DNA from: Sphingomonadaceae bacterium
GTDB taxonomy: Bacteria > Pseudomonadota > Alphaproteobacteria > Sphingomonadales > Sphingomonadaceae
Direction: 5' to 3'
Length of the DNA stretch: 64,000 nucleotides
NCBI GenBank assembly: GCA_021732525.1
Contig: JAKFUU010000001.1
Location: 29,906-93,905 of the forward strand
Shown: in pieces, positions 32,193 through 42,398 of the stretch
Position numbering within the stretch: the stretch's first letter is position 1
Layout: the number at the start of each line of letters is the position of its first letter
Notes under the pieces: generated by a model
The model's input: the letters and a program-made list of their open reading frames with translations, nothing else
The model's database searches: none
Told to the model about the DNA's origin: nothing
Program-made: the position numbers and the translations under genes

Positions 32193-32861
32193 ATGCAGAA
32201 AATTGCAATCTATGATCTGGACCGGACAATATTGAAAACGCCCACTTTCACGGCTTTTTTGATATTTGCCGGCGGGCAATTGGGCCGCGCGCGCGGATGG
32301 CGGATGCCGCTGTGGATTGCCGCGCTGGTGGGCTATAAGATGAGGCTCTATGGCCGCAAAAGCATGAAGCAATTTGGCATGAAGCTGTTTATTGGCCGCG
32401 AAATTTCGTTTGAAATCGCCGAAATCCTCGCGCAGAAATTTGCCGGCCGGCTTGTTCCGCTGGGCATTTTCCCCGGCGCGGCCCGGGCCATTGCGGCGGA
32501 CCGTTCCGGCGAATGCCACCTGGTCATTGCAACCGCCGCGCAGGAATTATATGTGAATGCTCTTGCCGCGGCGTTGAAATTTGATGCTGTTGTCGCCACG
32601 CGCAACGTGCAATCCGGTCAGCTTTATCGATATTTGCTCGACGGCGAAAATTGTTATGGCACCGAAAAATTGGTGCGTGTCCGGCAATGGCTGACCGATC
32701 AAAATATCACCCGCGAGGATTGTTATATCCGCTTTTATTCGGATCATCCCAGCGATGCACCGCTGCTCGACTGGGCCGATGAAGGCATTCTTGTTACGGC
32801 GGCTTCGAAATATCGGGCGATGGCCGCTACCCGCGGCTGGTCCGCGCAAGATTGGTCATAA
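32193..32861 (+). CDS. HAD-IB family hydrolase/phosphatase
   Basis: ATG at 32193 gives MQKIAIYDLDRTIL (DxD motif). The late motif is YSDHPSDAPLL. Confidence 0.7.
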   Translation: MQKIAIYDLDRTILKTPTFTAFLIFAGGQLGRARGWRMPLWIAALVGYKMRLYGRKSMKQFGMKLFIGREISFEIAEILAQKFAGRLVPLGIFPGAARAIAADRSGECHLVIATAAQELYVNALAAALKFDAVVATRNVQSGQLYRYLLDGENCYGTEKLVRVRQWLTDQNITREDCYIRFYSDHPSDAPLLDWADEGILVTAASKYRAMAATRGWSAQDWS

Positions 32862-32872
32862 GCCGGGCGGTT

Positions 32873-34081
32873 TTACAATTGGGATGCGGACGGCAGGCTG
32901 CGGAGATAGTCCAATATCGCCATGGCGCCGCGCTCACTGGCGGGAAACGGCGAACTATTGTCGGCGGTATAGGCCATCCGCTCGGTTTGCGCGGCGCGAT
33001 ATTGCTCGGCAATGGCCTGATATTGCGGCAATAGAGCATCAAATTGCGCGGTATTTTCCAAAACCGGGCCATTGTTCCAAAAATCATAGGCAGGTGTATC
33101 TTGCAGGGTCGAACCCGAATGAACATCCAGGAAAAAACACGCGCGCGGCCGCGAGAGAAATTCGTAAATCTGGCTGGAAACATCGCCAATATAGGCGTCG
33201 GCCGCGCAAGTGTAGCTCATATCAAACAGCCGCGGACCATCGACATCGATCAGGATATTGGGCGCGCTGCGAAATTCTGGCGCAATGTCTGGCCGGGTTT
33301 TGGTCACTTTAAATTCCGGCGAAATATGCACCTTTTTCTTAAACAGCATAACATGCGGCGCAAAGATCAGGTTAAACTGGTCCGGCCGATCATAAAAAAA
33401 CCGCAGGACAGCGTTGCCTTGATCGAACCAGCTCGACATATGCGGGTCAAAATGCGGATTATATAAAAAGGCCGGCCGGCCATTGTTAAAAAAAACTTCT
33501 GGCTGGCGATGCCGCAAAATATCAAATTTGGTATAGCCGACAATGCGGCATTTTTCCGGCGTTACAATGCCTGCCGTCACCAGTTGATCCACCACTTTCT
33601 GGCCGCTGACCAAGCATAGATCAAAATCTTTCAGCGCGGGATGCACCGCAACATTACGGTCGCCCGAACCATGCGGCACATAGGCAAAGCGGGGCCCTTT
33701 ACCGCTCCGCCAATGGCGTTTCAGCGTCAAGCAGGTGCGCTCGGTCGATACAATCAACGCCGCCCGCCGTAGTGTCCGGCGGTGCCAATATAGCGTTGCA
33801 AAGCGCCGTGCGGGCGCAAATTCATTGAGCGGTGCGAGTAAGAAATTAAGCCAGCGTGGCAGCGATAGATCGCGCCATTTCAATGCCGCTATTTGTTCGG
33901 CGGTGAGCAACCGTTCAATTTCGCGGCGAATATGTGGCCCGCTGGTCGCGACAATCACGCCCCGTTTGTCATTCTGCTCAGCCATCATCAATGCGGTAGC
34001 ACCGGCCAAGCCAGCGCTATGCGCCACTTGATGAGCGGCGTCATGGTTGAACAGGAATAAAACCGGGAACGGCTCGGTCAT
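32873..34081 (-). CDS. CDP-glycerol glycerophosphotransferase (TagB/TagF)-like transferase
   Basis: The C-terminal pattern AADAYIGDVSSQIYEFLSRPRACFFLD matches the Glyphos_transf hallmark (aD.lItDySS...ef....P.iF). Start taken at ATG 34081. Confidence 0.5.
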   Translation of the reverse strand: MTEPFPVLFLFNHDAAHQVAHSAGLAGATALMMAEQNDKRGVIVATSGPHIRREIERLLTAEQIAALKWRDLSLPRWLNFLLAPLNEFAPARRFATLYWHRRTLRRAALIVSTERTCLTLKRHWRSGKGPRFAYVPHGSGDRNVAVHPALKDFDLCLVSGQKVVDQLVTAGIVTPEKCRIVGYTKFDILRHRQPEVFFNNGRPAFLYNPHFDPHMSSWFDQGNAVLRFFYDRPDQFNLIFAPHVMLFKKKVHISPEFKVTKTRPDIAPEFRSAPNILIDVDGPRLFDMSYTCAADAYIGDVSSQIYEFLSRPRACFFLDVHSGSTLQDTPAYDFWNNGPVLENTAQFDALLPQYQAIAEQYRAAQTERMAYTADNSSPFPASERGAMAILDYLRSLPSASQL

Positions 34082-34089
34082 AATGTATA

Positions 34090-35124
34090 TTAAGCCATTG
34101 TCATCGCATGTGATAGCGCGAAATAATCCCATGGCTGCCCGCGCCGCAAATATTTATATCGCAACGCATCAAATGCCAATGGCGAAGATGATTCCATCTT
34201 GCGCAAATAATGGCTCAGCGGCGGAGCCATCGATTGCGGATGGGTGGTGGTATTTTGGGAGGAGCAAATGGCCACTTTACGGTAACGGCGAGCCAGCTTG
34301 ATATATTCTTTTGCAATAAAATGAGACATATAATAGCCAATTTCCGGCGGTATTTCGCCAAATCTATCTTTCAGCACATCTGCATAACCCAGCAGCGCGC
34401 GGGCCGCTGCATCGTTTTTGTCAGCGTCAAAAATATCCGGCCTCTGCGCCACCGATGCCATCAGGCTACCCGGACGGACCCGGTAATAGATCCATCGTTG
34501 CGGCGTATAATAAAAACTTTCAGCGCGCAGCAACAGATATGGAATGGTTGCAATATCTTCGAAACAGCGGCCTGGCGGAAATTGCAGGCCATTCCACAAG
34601 CTGCGCTTTGCGATCTTCAACCATGCATACATTTTGCGATATTGGAAAACACCTGCAATCAGCTTTCGCTGATTATGGTCGGTTTTCCGTCCGCTGCCGG
34701 GGAATGATTTTTTGAACCAGGCGCGATGTTTATGATAATTGCAGATCACCAAATCTGGATCATTCTGTTCGATAATCCGCCGCAAATGCGCCAAAGCTCC
34801 ACCGATCAGATAGTCGTCAGAATCGATAAACCAAACATACTGTCCCCGCGCCTGCGACAGCAAGCTGTTGCGCGCTGCGCTTATCCCCCGATTGCTATCA
34901 TGCTGTATGAGGCGAAGCCTGCCAGCAAAATCCTGCACCAACTGTTCACATAATCGCAGCGAGCCGTCGGCCGAACAATCATCGAGCAATATTATTTCGG
35001 CGCCGGCACTGGCGCTTTGCTTCATGATCGATTCAACACAGGCACGCAAATAGGGTTTGACATTATAAACAGGGATCAAAATGCTAAGCCATGGCAAACC
35101 GCCGCCCGGCAGGTGGTCGGTCAT
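34090..35124 (-). CDS. Family 2 glycosyltransferase
   Basis: LSILIPVYNVKPYL, LLDDCSADGS and FIDSDDYL. Confidence 0.85.
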   Translation of the reverse strand: MTDHLPGGGLPWLSILIPVYNVKPYLRACVESIMKQSASAGAEIILLDDCSADGSLRLCEQLVQDFAGRLRLIQHDSNRGISAARNSLLSQARGQYVWFIDSDDYLIGGALAHLRRIIEQNDPDLVICNYHKHRAWFKKSFPGSGRKTDHNQRKLIAGVFQYRKMYAWLKIAKRSLWNGLQFPPGRCFEDIATIPYLLLRAESFYYTPQRWIYYRVRPGSLMASVAQRPDIFDADKNDAAARALLGYADVLKDRFGEIPPEIGYYMSHFIAKEYIKLARRYRKVAICSSQNTTTHPQSMAPPLSHYLRKMESSSPLAFDALRYKYLRRGQPWDYFALSHAMTMA

Positions 35125-35211
35125 TGAATGGCGAACTCCCGCTAATAATCACGGCTATAACTAGACAATATTTACGCCTTGTGCAAAGCCAAAGGCCATG
35201 GCCCCCAATCG

Positions 35212-36537
35212 ATGCCGGTATTTATGACTATCGCCGCAAGGGGCAGTGGCAAGCGGATTTTGCAAAATGGCGGCTGGCTGCTCGCGGCCAAATCCGTTGG
35301 CGCGCTGCTCAGCCTTGTCTATTTGGCATTGATTGCGCGCAGTTTGGGGCCGGAGCTGTTTGGTGGTTTCGCGCTGATGTTCAGCTTTGCGCAAATTGTT
35401 GCGGGTATAGCGGCGTTTCAAACCTGGCAGCTGTTGATACGATATGGCACGCAGCCCCTGATTGACAAGCAGCATGGCTTACTCGCAAAGCTGCTGATGC
35501 TGTGTCTGGGGCTGGATATCGCGTCGGTCCTTTTGGGAACCGCGCTGGCGGCTATCGGGATATTACTGCTTGCCGGTCCGTTCGGGTGGAGCGCGGGTGC
35601 GCAGCAGATTCTATTTGCGCTGACCGTAATATTGCTGCTGTCGTCGCGCTCCACGCCCACCGGGTTGCTGCGGCTGTTTGATAATTTTAAATTGGCGGCG
35701 CTGATTGATGCGCTCGTGCCGATATTGCGGTTTTTTGGTGTGTTGCTGGTATATTTTACCGGCCCAAATGTAACCGGCTATTTGATTATTTGGGTCTTGT
35801 CGGAGGCCGTTCCCACGATCGTCATTTGGGGATTTGTCCTGGCGCAGCGGCGTTTTCCCCTGGCGGATGTGAACCCGATGCATTGGCATCTTTATGCGGC
35901 ATCTTTCCAGGGGTTTTTTCGCTATGCCTTATGGTCTAGCCTCGGCTCGACGCTGCGTTTGCTTAATCAACAGGTGATTGTGGTTGTCGTCGGCCTGTTT
36001 GCGACTGTCGAAGCCGCGGGCTTTTTCCGGCTTGGGCATCAATTGGGGCAGGTGCTGGCGCGGATTGCCGACGGTATTGCGCTGGCCTTTTTTGTCGAAT
36101 TTGCCCGCGTCGATGCGGTGCATGGCGATGCCAAAGCGCAGCCGTTGATAGGAAAAACGCTGGCGCTGACATTGTTGAGCGCTGCGGCCATATTGCTGAT
36201 CTTATTGGCTGCGGGGCGCCCGATCTTGGCTTGGGTTTTTGGGGATGATTATCTGCCCGCATTTCCCTTTATCATGCTGCTGGGCGCGGCGGCGGCGGTG
36301 CAGATCGGCGCAATCGCATTCGAACCGGTGTTAATGTCACGCGGCTATGCAGGCCGCGTGATTTTGGCCCATTTGGCGGGTGCGGTTACGATGGTTATTC
36401 TGCTGGCCGCGCTATTGCCGAAAAGCACGGGGCTCAGCGCCGGGTTGGGAGCGGGCGCCGCTGCGCTTGGTGGTGCCCTTGTGTCGGCCGCCGCGATGGC
36501 CGTAGCTTATCGGCATAGCAATCGGAACATAAAATAG
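35212..36537 (+). CDS. Polysaccharide biosynthesis / oligosaccharide flippase (Wzx-like, MOP superfamily) membrane protein
   Basis: About 12 hydrophobic segments and an N terminus ILQNGGWLLAAKSVGALLSLVYLALIARSLGPELFG, typical of polysaccharide flippases. Start uncertain (35179, 35212 or 35224). Confidence 0.65.
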   Translation: MPVFMTIAARGSGKRILQNGGWLLAAKSVGALLSLVYLALIARSLGPELFGGFALMFSFAQIVAGIAAFQTWQLLIRYGTQPLIDKQHGLLAKLLMLCLGLDIASVLLGTALAAIGILLLAGPFGWSAGAQQILFALTVILLLSSRSTPTGLLRLFDNFKLAALIDALVPILRFFGVLLVYFTGPNVTGYLIIWVLSEAVPTIVIWGFVLAQRRFPLADVNPMHWHLYAASFQGFFRYALWSSLGSTLRLLNQQVIVVVVGLFATVEAAGFFRLGHQLGQVLARIADGIALAFFVEFARVDAVHGDAKAQPLIGKTLALTLLSAAAILLILLAAGRPILAWVFGDDYLPAFPFIMLLGAAAAVQIGAIAFEPVLMSRGYAGRVILAHLAGAVTMVILLAALLPKSTGLSAGLGAGAAALGGALVSAAAMAVAYRHSNRNIK

Positions 36538-36580
36538 GGCGCGGCGCATGGGATGCGGGGCGTTGTTGGATAGCACAAAG

Positions 36581-36617
36581 AAAAACGGCCCCGAATATCG
36601 GAGCCGTTTGTATTTTG
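36581..36617. terminator. Bidirectional rho-independent terminator between the flippase gene and rpsI
   Basis: Stem aacggc-ccga / tcgg-gccgtt, with T-runs on both strands. Confidence 0.75.
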
Positions 36618-36634
36618 CGTAATGCGGAAAAAGA

Positions 36635-37135
36635 TCAACGCTTGGAGAATTGGAAGCTCTTGCGCGCCTTGGCCTTGCCGTATTTTTTCCGCTCCACCAC
36701 GCGGCTGTCGCGGGTAAGGAAGCCAGCGGCTTTCACGGGTGAGCGTAGTGCGGGCTCATAACGGGTTAACGCTTGGCTGATGCCATGCTTTACCGCGCCG
36801 GCTTGCCCCGAAAGACCGCCGCCTTTAACGGTGGCGACAATATCATATTGGCCGCGCCGTTCGGTAATGTCGAACACTTGGTTGATGACCAAGCGCAAGG
36901 TTGGCCGCGCGAAATAAACTTCTTGATCGCGGCCATTGACGGTGATCTTTCCCGTGCCCGGTTTTAACCAAACGCGCGCGACCGCATCTTTGCGGCGGCC
37001 GGTGGCATAGGCGCGGCCTTGCTTATCGAGCAATTGTTCGCGCAAGGGCGTTGGCGCTTGCATGGGCGCTACGGGCGCAGCGGTGACTTGCCCCAAATCG
37101 GCAAGCGAAGTTGCGGTTGTTTCTATGTCTGACAT
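36635..37135 (-). CDS. rpsI: 30S ribosomal protein S9
   Basis: The C terminus ...[11 protein letters not shown] is typical of S9. It has an N-terminal extension relative to E. coli S9 (about 130 aa). Confidence 0.96.
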   Translation of the reverse strand: MSDIETTATSLADLGQVTAAPVAPMQAPTPLREQLLDKQGRAYATGRRKDAVARVWLKPGTGKITVNGRDQEVYFARPTLRLVINQVFDITERRGQYDIVATVKGGGLSGQAGAVKHGISQALTRYEPALRSPVKAAGFLTRDSRVVERKKYGKAKARKSFQFSKR

Positions 37136-37614
37136 TATACACGCACCTTATTCTTGCGGTTCATGGAAGCGACATCAAGCATCGCGGGCTGTTGACCGGC
37201 ATAAGGATGCTCGGTGCCTGCAAAAACATGCAAAGCGCGCATTTGGGCGCGGCCCAACGGCCCGCGCGGAACCATGCGCTCGACTGCTTTGATCATCACC
37301 CGTTCCGGAAATTGCCCGGCAAGAACTTTCTCAGGACTGGTTTCCTTGATCCCGCCAATATAGCCGGTGTGGCGATAGTAACGCTTGTCTTTCAACTTAT
37401 TGCCGGTGAATTTCACCTTATCGGCGTTGATCACAATCACATGATCGCCGCAATCAACATGCGGGGTATAGGTGGGCTTGGTCTTGCCGCGCAGGATATT
37501 GGCGATGAGGCTGGCGGCACGGCCAACAACCAAGCCGTCGGCATCAATGATGATCCAGCCTTTTTCGACATCCTGCGGACGGACCGATTTTGTTTGTTTA
37601 GACAGCGTTTTCAT
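37135..37614 (-). CDS. rplM: 50S ribosomal protein L13
   Basis: [37 protein letters not shown] junction with rpsI. Confidence 0.96.
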   Translation of the reverse strand: MKTLSKQTKSVRPQDVEKGWIIIDADGLVVGRAASLIANILRGKTKPTYTPHVDCGDHVIVINADKVKFTGNKLKDKRYYRHTGYIGGIKETSPEKVLAGQFPERVMIKAVERMVPRGPLGRAQMRALHVFAGTEHPYAGQQPAMLDVASMNRKNKVRV

Positions 37615-37805
37615 AAGAGCGCCTAATCGAACCTTTCGGATAATGAAGAATCATGAATAGGCGACTGCCGATCCATCGTGAAGGCGCGCTAATGACGATC
37701 CGATGCCCGACAGTCAAGCAAATAGGTGCATTTTGAGACGGGTAAAATAATACCCCATTGGGTGAGGGATAGATTTGTTTCTCGCTCCTCGCCAGAAACC
37801 CGTTA

Positions 37806-38891
37806 TTATCGCTGTCCCAACCGGTGCGCGCCCCAAGCGACGCTGGCGACGAGCAATGCGCCGACTGCCTGATGCAGTATCGCAATGGTGATTGCGGTGT
37901 TGGAAATATTCACACCGCTCAACACCGTTGCGATACCGAGCAATATCTGGATGCCAAAGGCGGTGTGGATGGCAATCGAGATCGTCCGTGCCCCGCTTTT
38001 TTTAACCCGCCGTGCGAGCAATATTAGCGCGATAACGGTGACCCACGCCCACCAGCGGTGAATGAAATGCACCAAAAATGGATCATTCATCGCTGCATAG
38101 AACCAGCCCCTTTCCCACGCGATGCCATCGGGCAGGAGCCGATCATTCATCAATGGCCATGTATTTGCGACCTGCCCGGCATTCATCCCGGCGACATAAG
38201 CGCCAAATAACAGCTGGATGAATAAAATCACAATGACGGCCAAGGAAAAACCGTTCAGCCGCGCGGGTTTGGCTTGCGGGTCACGCGCCAGCGCTTTCAG
38301 GTCGAGCGCGGTCCAGATCAGCGCGGCCAAAATAAATAAGGCTAGCAATAAATGCACGGCGAGGCGGAAGTGGCTGACATCGGTGCGCTCGGATAATCCC
38401 GAAACCACCATCCACCAACCGATCACCCCCTGCAACCCGCCGAGCAGAAACAACGGAATCAAGCGGATGATATAGCCGCCGGGAATTGCGCCCCGGATCA
38501 AAAACCACAGGAATGGCAGCGCGAAGGCGGCGCCGACCAAGCGCGCGAGAAAACGATGCGCCCATTCCCAGAAATAGATAAACTGAAATTGCGCCATGCT
38601 CATCCCGGCGTTAATTTGCTGATATTCGGACGTTGCCCGGTATTTTTCAAATTCGGATAGCCAATCGCCGTGGTTCAGCGGCGGCAGCGTGCCGGTTATT
38701 GGCTTCCATTCGGTGATCGAAAGCCCCGATTCGGTTAGCCGGGTGATTCCGCCGACAATCACCATACAAAACACCAAAAACGCCACGCAAAGCAGCCAAT
38801 AAGCGATGGTATTGGGCCGTATCCGCAGGTTTTTTGCGTCAGAATCGGGCTTGCGATCCGCCGCCGCTCTCTCATTCATTGCCGGGTTCAT
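37806..38891 (-). CDS. ctaA: Heme A synthase (COX15/CtaA)
   Basis: GGITRLTESGLSITEWKPITG and multiple TM/His motifs. Start taken at ATG 38891 within ORF 37806-39008. Confidence 0.85.
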   Translation of the reverse strand: MNPAMNERAAADRKPDSDAKNLRIRPNTIAYWLLCVAFLVFCMVIVGGITRLTESGLSITEWKPITGTLPPLNHGDWLSEFEKYRATSEYQQINAGMSMAQFQFIYFWEWAHRFLARLVGAAFALPFLWFLIRGAIPGGYIIRLIPLFLLGGLQGVIGWWMVVSGLSERTDVSHFRLAVHLLLALFILAALIWTALDLKALARDPQAKPARLNGFSLAVIVILFIQLLFGAYVAGMNAGQVANTWPLMNDRLLPDGIAWERGWFYAAMNDPFLVHFIHRWWAWVTVIALILLARRVKKSGARTISIAIHTAFGIQILLGIATVLSGVNISNTAITIAILHQAVGALLVASVAWGAHRLGQR

Positions 38892-39017
38892 AGCGATGCT
38901 ATGCCGACACCGGCGATAACTATCAACCGCCGATAGTGGCCAATAAAATGCAGAAATAACAACCAAAGCGAATAATGATATATTGTAACCTTCGCCGAAT
39001 CCTGCCATAAAGCGCGC

Positions 39018-39386
39018 ATGATAATGGCTTTATGGCAAAAATGGCGTTGGGACGGGCTTGGAATGGGGCTGGCGGGTCTGTGCTTGCTGCATTGCTTGAC
39101 CGCGTCGATTCTATTGGCCTTATTGGCCTCGGCGGGCGGGATATTGCTACATCCTGCCATCCACGAAATCGGCCTTTTTTTGGCGATCATCTTTGCGGCT
39201 CTGGCGCTCGGCAAAGGCGTGATCGATCACCGCGCGGTGATGCCTGCTGCGATTGGCGGATTGGGAATTGGCGCGATGGCGGGTGCTTTAGCCCTGCCGC
39301 ATGGCACATCGGAAATATTCGCCACGATGCTGGGCCTCGCCATGCTGACTATCGGCCATTATTTGAACCACCGGGCGTCGAAATAG
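39018..39386 (+). CDS. MerC-like small membrane protein
   Basis: 122 aa with four hydrophobic segments. GLCLLHCLTASILL resembles the MerC family. Confidence 0.5.
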   Translation: MIMALWQKWRWDGLGMGLAGLCLLHCLTASILLALLASAGGILLHPAIHEIGLFLAIIFAALALGKGVIDHRAVMPAAIGGLGIGAMAGALALPHGTSEIFATMLGLAMLTIGHYLNHRASK

Positions 39387-39455
39387 CCTTGTCACCAAAA
39401 GTATCAGCGGAGCTTATCATTGCCATTTGACGGCAAAGCTTTTATTATCGGCGGC

Positions 39456-39914
39456 ATGGCTTTACATCATCATCATGAACGGGGCGGCGAAGATCTGTTG
39501 AAGGCCGCCAAGGCCACCTTGCAAAAAGCGGGCGAACAATGGACCGATATGCGCGCGGTAATATTCGATGTGCTTGCAGAGCATAGCAAACCGGCCTCTG
39601 CTTATGATATCGCCGATCTGGTATCGCGGCGGCGGGGTAAACGCGTTGCCCCCAACAGCGTTTACCGTATCTTGGATCTTTTCGTGACGACCAATCTGGC
39701 ACGCCGGGTTGAAAGTGCCAACGCCTATGTCGCCAATTCGCATCCGGGATGCCTGCATGATTGCATTTTTTTGATCTGCGACGAATGCGGCATTGCCACG
39801 CATCTGGATAATGATGATCTTTCCGCCAGCGTTCGCGAAGCGGCGCAAGTGGCGGGTTTTGTCAATTTGCGGCCAATGATCGAGGTGCGCGGAAAATGTT
39901 CAAATTGCGATTAG
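39456..39914 (+). CDS. Fur family transcriptional regulator (Zur-like)
   Basis: A His-rich N terminus (MALHHHHE), a winged-helix region (VYRILDLFVTTNLARRVE) and the Cys pairs CDECG ... CSNC. Confidence 0.8.
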   Translation: MALHHHHERGGEDLLKAAKATLQKAGEQWTDMRAVIFDVLAEHSKPASAYDIADLVSRRRGKRVAPNSVYRILDLFVTTNLARRVESANAYVANSHPGCLHDCIFLICDECGIATHLDNDDLSASVREAAQVAGFVNLRPMIEVRGKCSNCD

Positions 39915-39991
39915 TGGCGGGATCAGCCAGCATCAATATCTATGATAAAGTCGTTCGACAGGCCGGATTTTAGTCGTTATTGTTAACGGCT

Positions 39992-41923
39992 ATGAGCCAA
40001 AAATCGACGACACCCTTGCTGGACAAGGTACAAATTCCCGCCGACCTTCGCAAATTGGACGTTGGCAATCTGCGCCAACTTGCCGATGAATTGCGCAGCG
40101 AGGTGATTAGCGCGGTTTCGGTAACCGGCGGGCATCTGGGCGCGGGGCTGGGCGTGGTTGAGCTGACGACGGCGATCCATTATGTGTTCAACACACCCGA
40201 AGACCGGTTGATCTGGGATGTTGGCCATCAATGCTATCCGCATAAGATCCTCACCGGCCGGCGGGACCGGATTCGCACGATTCGAACCGGCGGTGGGCTT
40301 TCCGGTTTTACCAAGCGCAGCGAGAGCGAATATGACCCCTTTGGCGCGGCGCATAGCTCGACCTCGATCAGCGCGGCTTTGGGCTTTGCCGTGGCGAATA
40401 AGATGCGGGGATTACCGGGCAAAGCCATCGCGGTGATTGGGGATGGCGCGATGAGTGCAGGTATGGCCTATGAAGCCATGAATAATGCGGAGGCGGCGGG
40501 CAATCGCTTGGTCGTCATTCTCAATGATAATGATATGTCGATCGCGCCGCCCGTTGGCGGGCTTTCGGGCTATCTGGCGCGGCTGGTGTCTTCGTCCGAA
40601 TATCTGGGTATCCGCAAATTTGCCAGCAAGCTGACCGCAAAGCTATCGCGCCGCTTGCACGGTGCGACCGCCAGGGCCGAAGAATATGCGCGCGGTATGG
40701 CGATGGGCGGCACCTTGTTTGAAGAATTGGGCTTTTATTATGTCGGGCCGATCGACGGCCATAATCTCGATCAATTGATCCCAGTGCTCGAAAATGTTCG
40801 CGATAATGCCGAAGGGCCGGTGTTGATCCATTGTGTCACGCAAAAGGGCAAGGGCTATGCCCCGGCCGAAGCGGCGGCCGACAAATATCACGGCGTTGCC
40901 AAATTTGATGTGATCAGCGGCCAGCAAGATAAAGGCCCCGGCGGCGGCCCGCCCGCATATCAAAATGTTTTTGGCGAAACTTTGGCCAAACTTGCCGATA
41001 GTGACCCGCGTATCTGCGCCATCACCGCCGCGATGCCATCGGGCACCGGTGTCGATAAATTCGCCGCCGCGCATCCCGCGCGCTCTTTTGACGTTGGCAT
41101 TGCCGAACAGCATGGCGTGACCTTTGCGGCGGGCCTCGCCGCACAAGGCATGCGGCCCTTTTGCGCGATCTATTCCACCTTTCTGCAACGCGCCTATGAT
41201 CAGGTGGTGCATGACGTCGCCATCCAGAATCTGCCGGTGCGCTTTGCGATTGACCGTGCCGGGTTGGTCGGCGCCGATGGCTCGACCCATGCCGGTTCGT
41301 TCGATGTTACCTATCTGGCAACGCTTCCCAATATGGTGGTGATGTCGCCCAGCGACGAAGCCGAACTGGTGCATATGACCTATACGGCGGCGCAATATGA
41401 TGATGGCCCCATTGCCTTTCGCTATCCGCGCGGCAATGGCATTGGCGCGGTGCTGCCCGAAATTCCGATGAAATTGGAGATCGGTAAGGGCCGGATCGTG
41501 CGTCAGGGCAAAAAGATTGCGATCCTCTCGCTCGGAACGCGGCTGGCCGAAGCGCTGAAGGCCGCCGATGTGCTGGATGCCAAGGGGTTGTCGACCAGCG
41601 TTGCCGATCTGCGCTTTGTCAAACCGCTCGATGACGAACTGATCCGGCATTTGATCGCCACGCATGAGGTGATACTCACGGTCGAAGAAGGCGCGGTTGG
41701 CGGGCTGGGTGCCCATGTCTTGACGCTGGCCAGCGACCTTGGCTTAACCGACATCGGCCTGAAAATCCGCACCATGCGTCTGCCCGATATATTTCAGGAT
41801 CAGGATAATCCGCAAAAGCAATATGACGAAGCGGGGCTGAATGCGCCGCAGATAGTAGACACAGCGCTCAAAGCGCTGCGCCATAATAGCGCGGGCGTGG
41901 AAGAAGCGGGGGTTCGGGCGTAA
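39992..41923 (+). CDS. dxs: 1-deoxy-D-xylulose-5-phosphate synthase
   Basis: [14 protein letters not shown] and the TPP motif [20 protein letters not shown] at 39992. Confidence 0.96.
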   Translation: MSQKSTTPLLDKVQIPADLRKLDVGNLRQLADELRSEVISAVSVTGGHLGAGLGVVELTTAIHYVFNTPEDRLIWDVGHQCYPHKILTGRRDRIRTIRTGGGLSGFTKRSESEYDPFGAAHSSTSISAALGFAVANKMRGLPGKAIAVIGDGAMSAGMAYEAMNNAEAAGNRLVVILNDNDMSIAPPVGGLSGYLARLVSSSEYLGIRKFASKLTAKLSRRLHGATARAEEYARGMAMGGTLFEELGFYYVGPIDGHNLDQLIPVLENVRDNAEGPVLIHCVTQKGKGYAPAEAAADKYHGVAKFDVISGQQDKGPGGGPPAYQNVFGETLAKLADSDPRICAITAAMPSGTGVDKFAAAHPARSFDVGIAEQHGVTFAAGLAAQGMRPFCAIYSTFLQRAYDQVVHDVAIQNLPVRFAIDRAGLVGADGSTHAGSFDVTYLATLPNMVVMSPSDEAELVHMTYTAAQYDDGPIAFRYPRGNGIGAVLPEIPMKLEIGKGRIVRQGKKIAILSLGTRLAEALKAADVLDAKGLSTSVADLRFVKPLDDELIRHLIATHEVILTVEEGAVGGLGAHVLTLASDLGLTDIGLKIRTMRLPDIFQDQDNPQKQYDEAGLNAPQIVDTALKALRHNSAGVEEAGVRA

Positions 41924-41955
41924 CCGGTTATATCGCCGGCCTTTGACCGGACACC

Positions 41956-42031
41956 GATCCCGGCTTTCGCCGGGATGACAGTGAATTTGAACGGATAACG
42001 TCCAATTGTCATCCCGGCGAAAGCCGGGATC
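41956..42031. repeat. 76-bp palindromic element with perfect 25-bp arms gatcccggctttcgccgggatgaca / tgtcatcccggcgaaagccgggatc
   Basis: Direct reading. Each arm also contains its own cccggc...gccggg hairpin. Confidence 0.9.
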
Positions 42032-42122
42032 ACTGCTTGCAAAGCTGTTGGCATCAGCGGGAGACAACAAGGTCTATAAATTTAGTTTTTCCGCCTTCGT
42101 CCAGCGGACGATAAATCAGACT

Positions 42123-42166
42123 TAGAGTTTTTTCTACTTACGTGGAAGCGGCACCAGCCCACCCCC
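42123..42166 (+). repeat. Half-copy of the 46858-46999 element
   Basis: tagagttttttctacttacgtggaagcggcaccagcccac matches the reverse complement of 46959-46997 with one mismatch. Confidence 0.85.
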
Positions 42167-42398
42167 AAACAAAGCAAAGCCCCCGCTCCGGGGGCATTTG
42201 GAGCGAGGGCTAAGCTTGCGTTCGTCACGCGGAGATCGAAGAACATCTTGGCGCTGCGGGCAACAGGGGAAAACCACGCGAGGCCTGTTCTTCGATATTT
42301 ACAAGATACAATTGGGTTCCTGTCGGTTACATGAACGAGCGCGCGATGCTCACCGTCTTAACGGACCAAATACTCCGTTCGTCGAGCGAAATCAGCAT

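Noticed and set aside
31380-32519. Long N-terminal extensions offered by the ORF track. Examples are the 379-aa version of the NTP transferase, sucB from 22162, the M20 peptidase from 29007, rho from 2822, hemE from 1204, ctaA from 39008 and lolA from 43121.
   Set aside because: The conserved protein begins at an internal ATG in every case, often with a signal peptide or RBS. The extensions overlap neighbouring genes or promoters and have non-protein-like composition.
42123-42166. The segment gtggaagcggcaccagccc superficially recalls the SRP (4.5S) RNA GGAA/AGCAGCC region. Separately, gtaaacgacaaatttgcg at 49216-49233 could be read as an ANDN-like tmRNA tag.
   Set aside because: The first is part of a dispersed palindromic repeat and lacks the rest of the SRP domain IV consensus. 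The second reading frame does not end in the LAA/VAA tag terminus and has no tRNA-like flanks.
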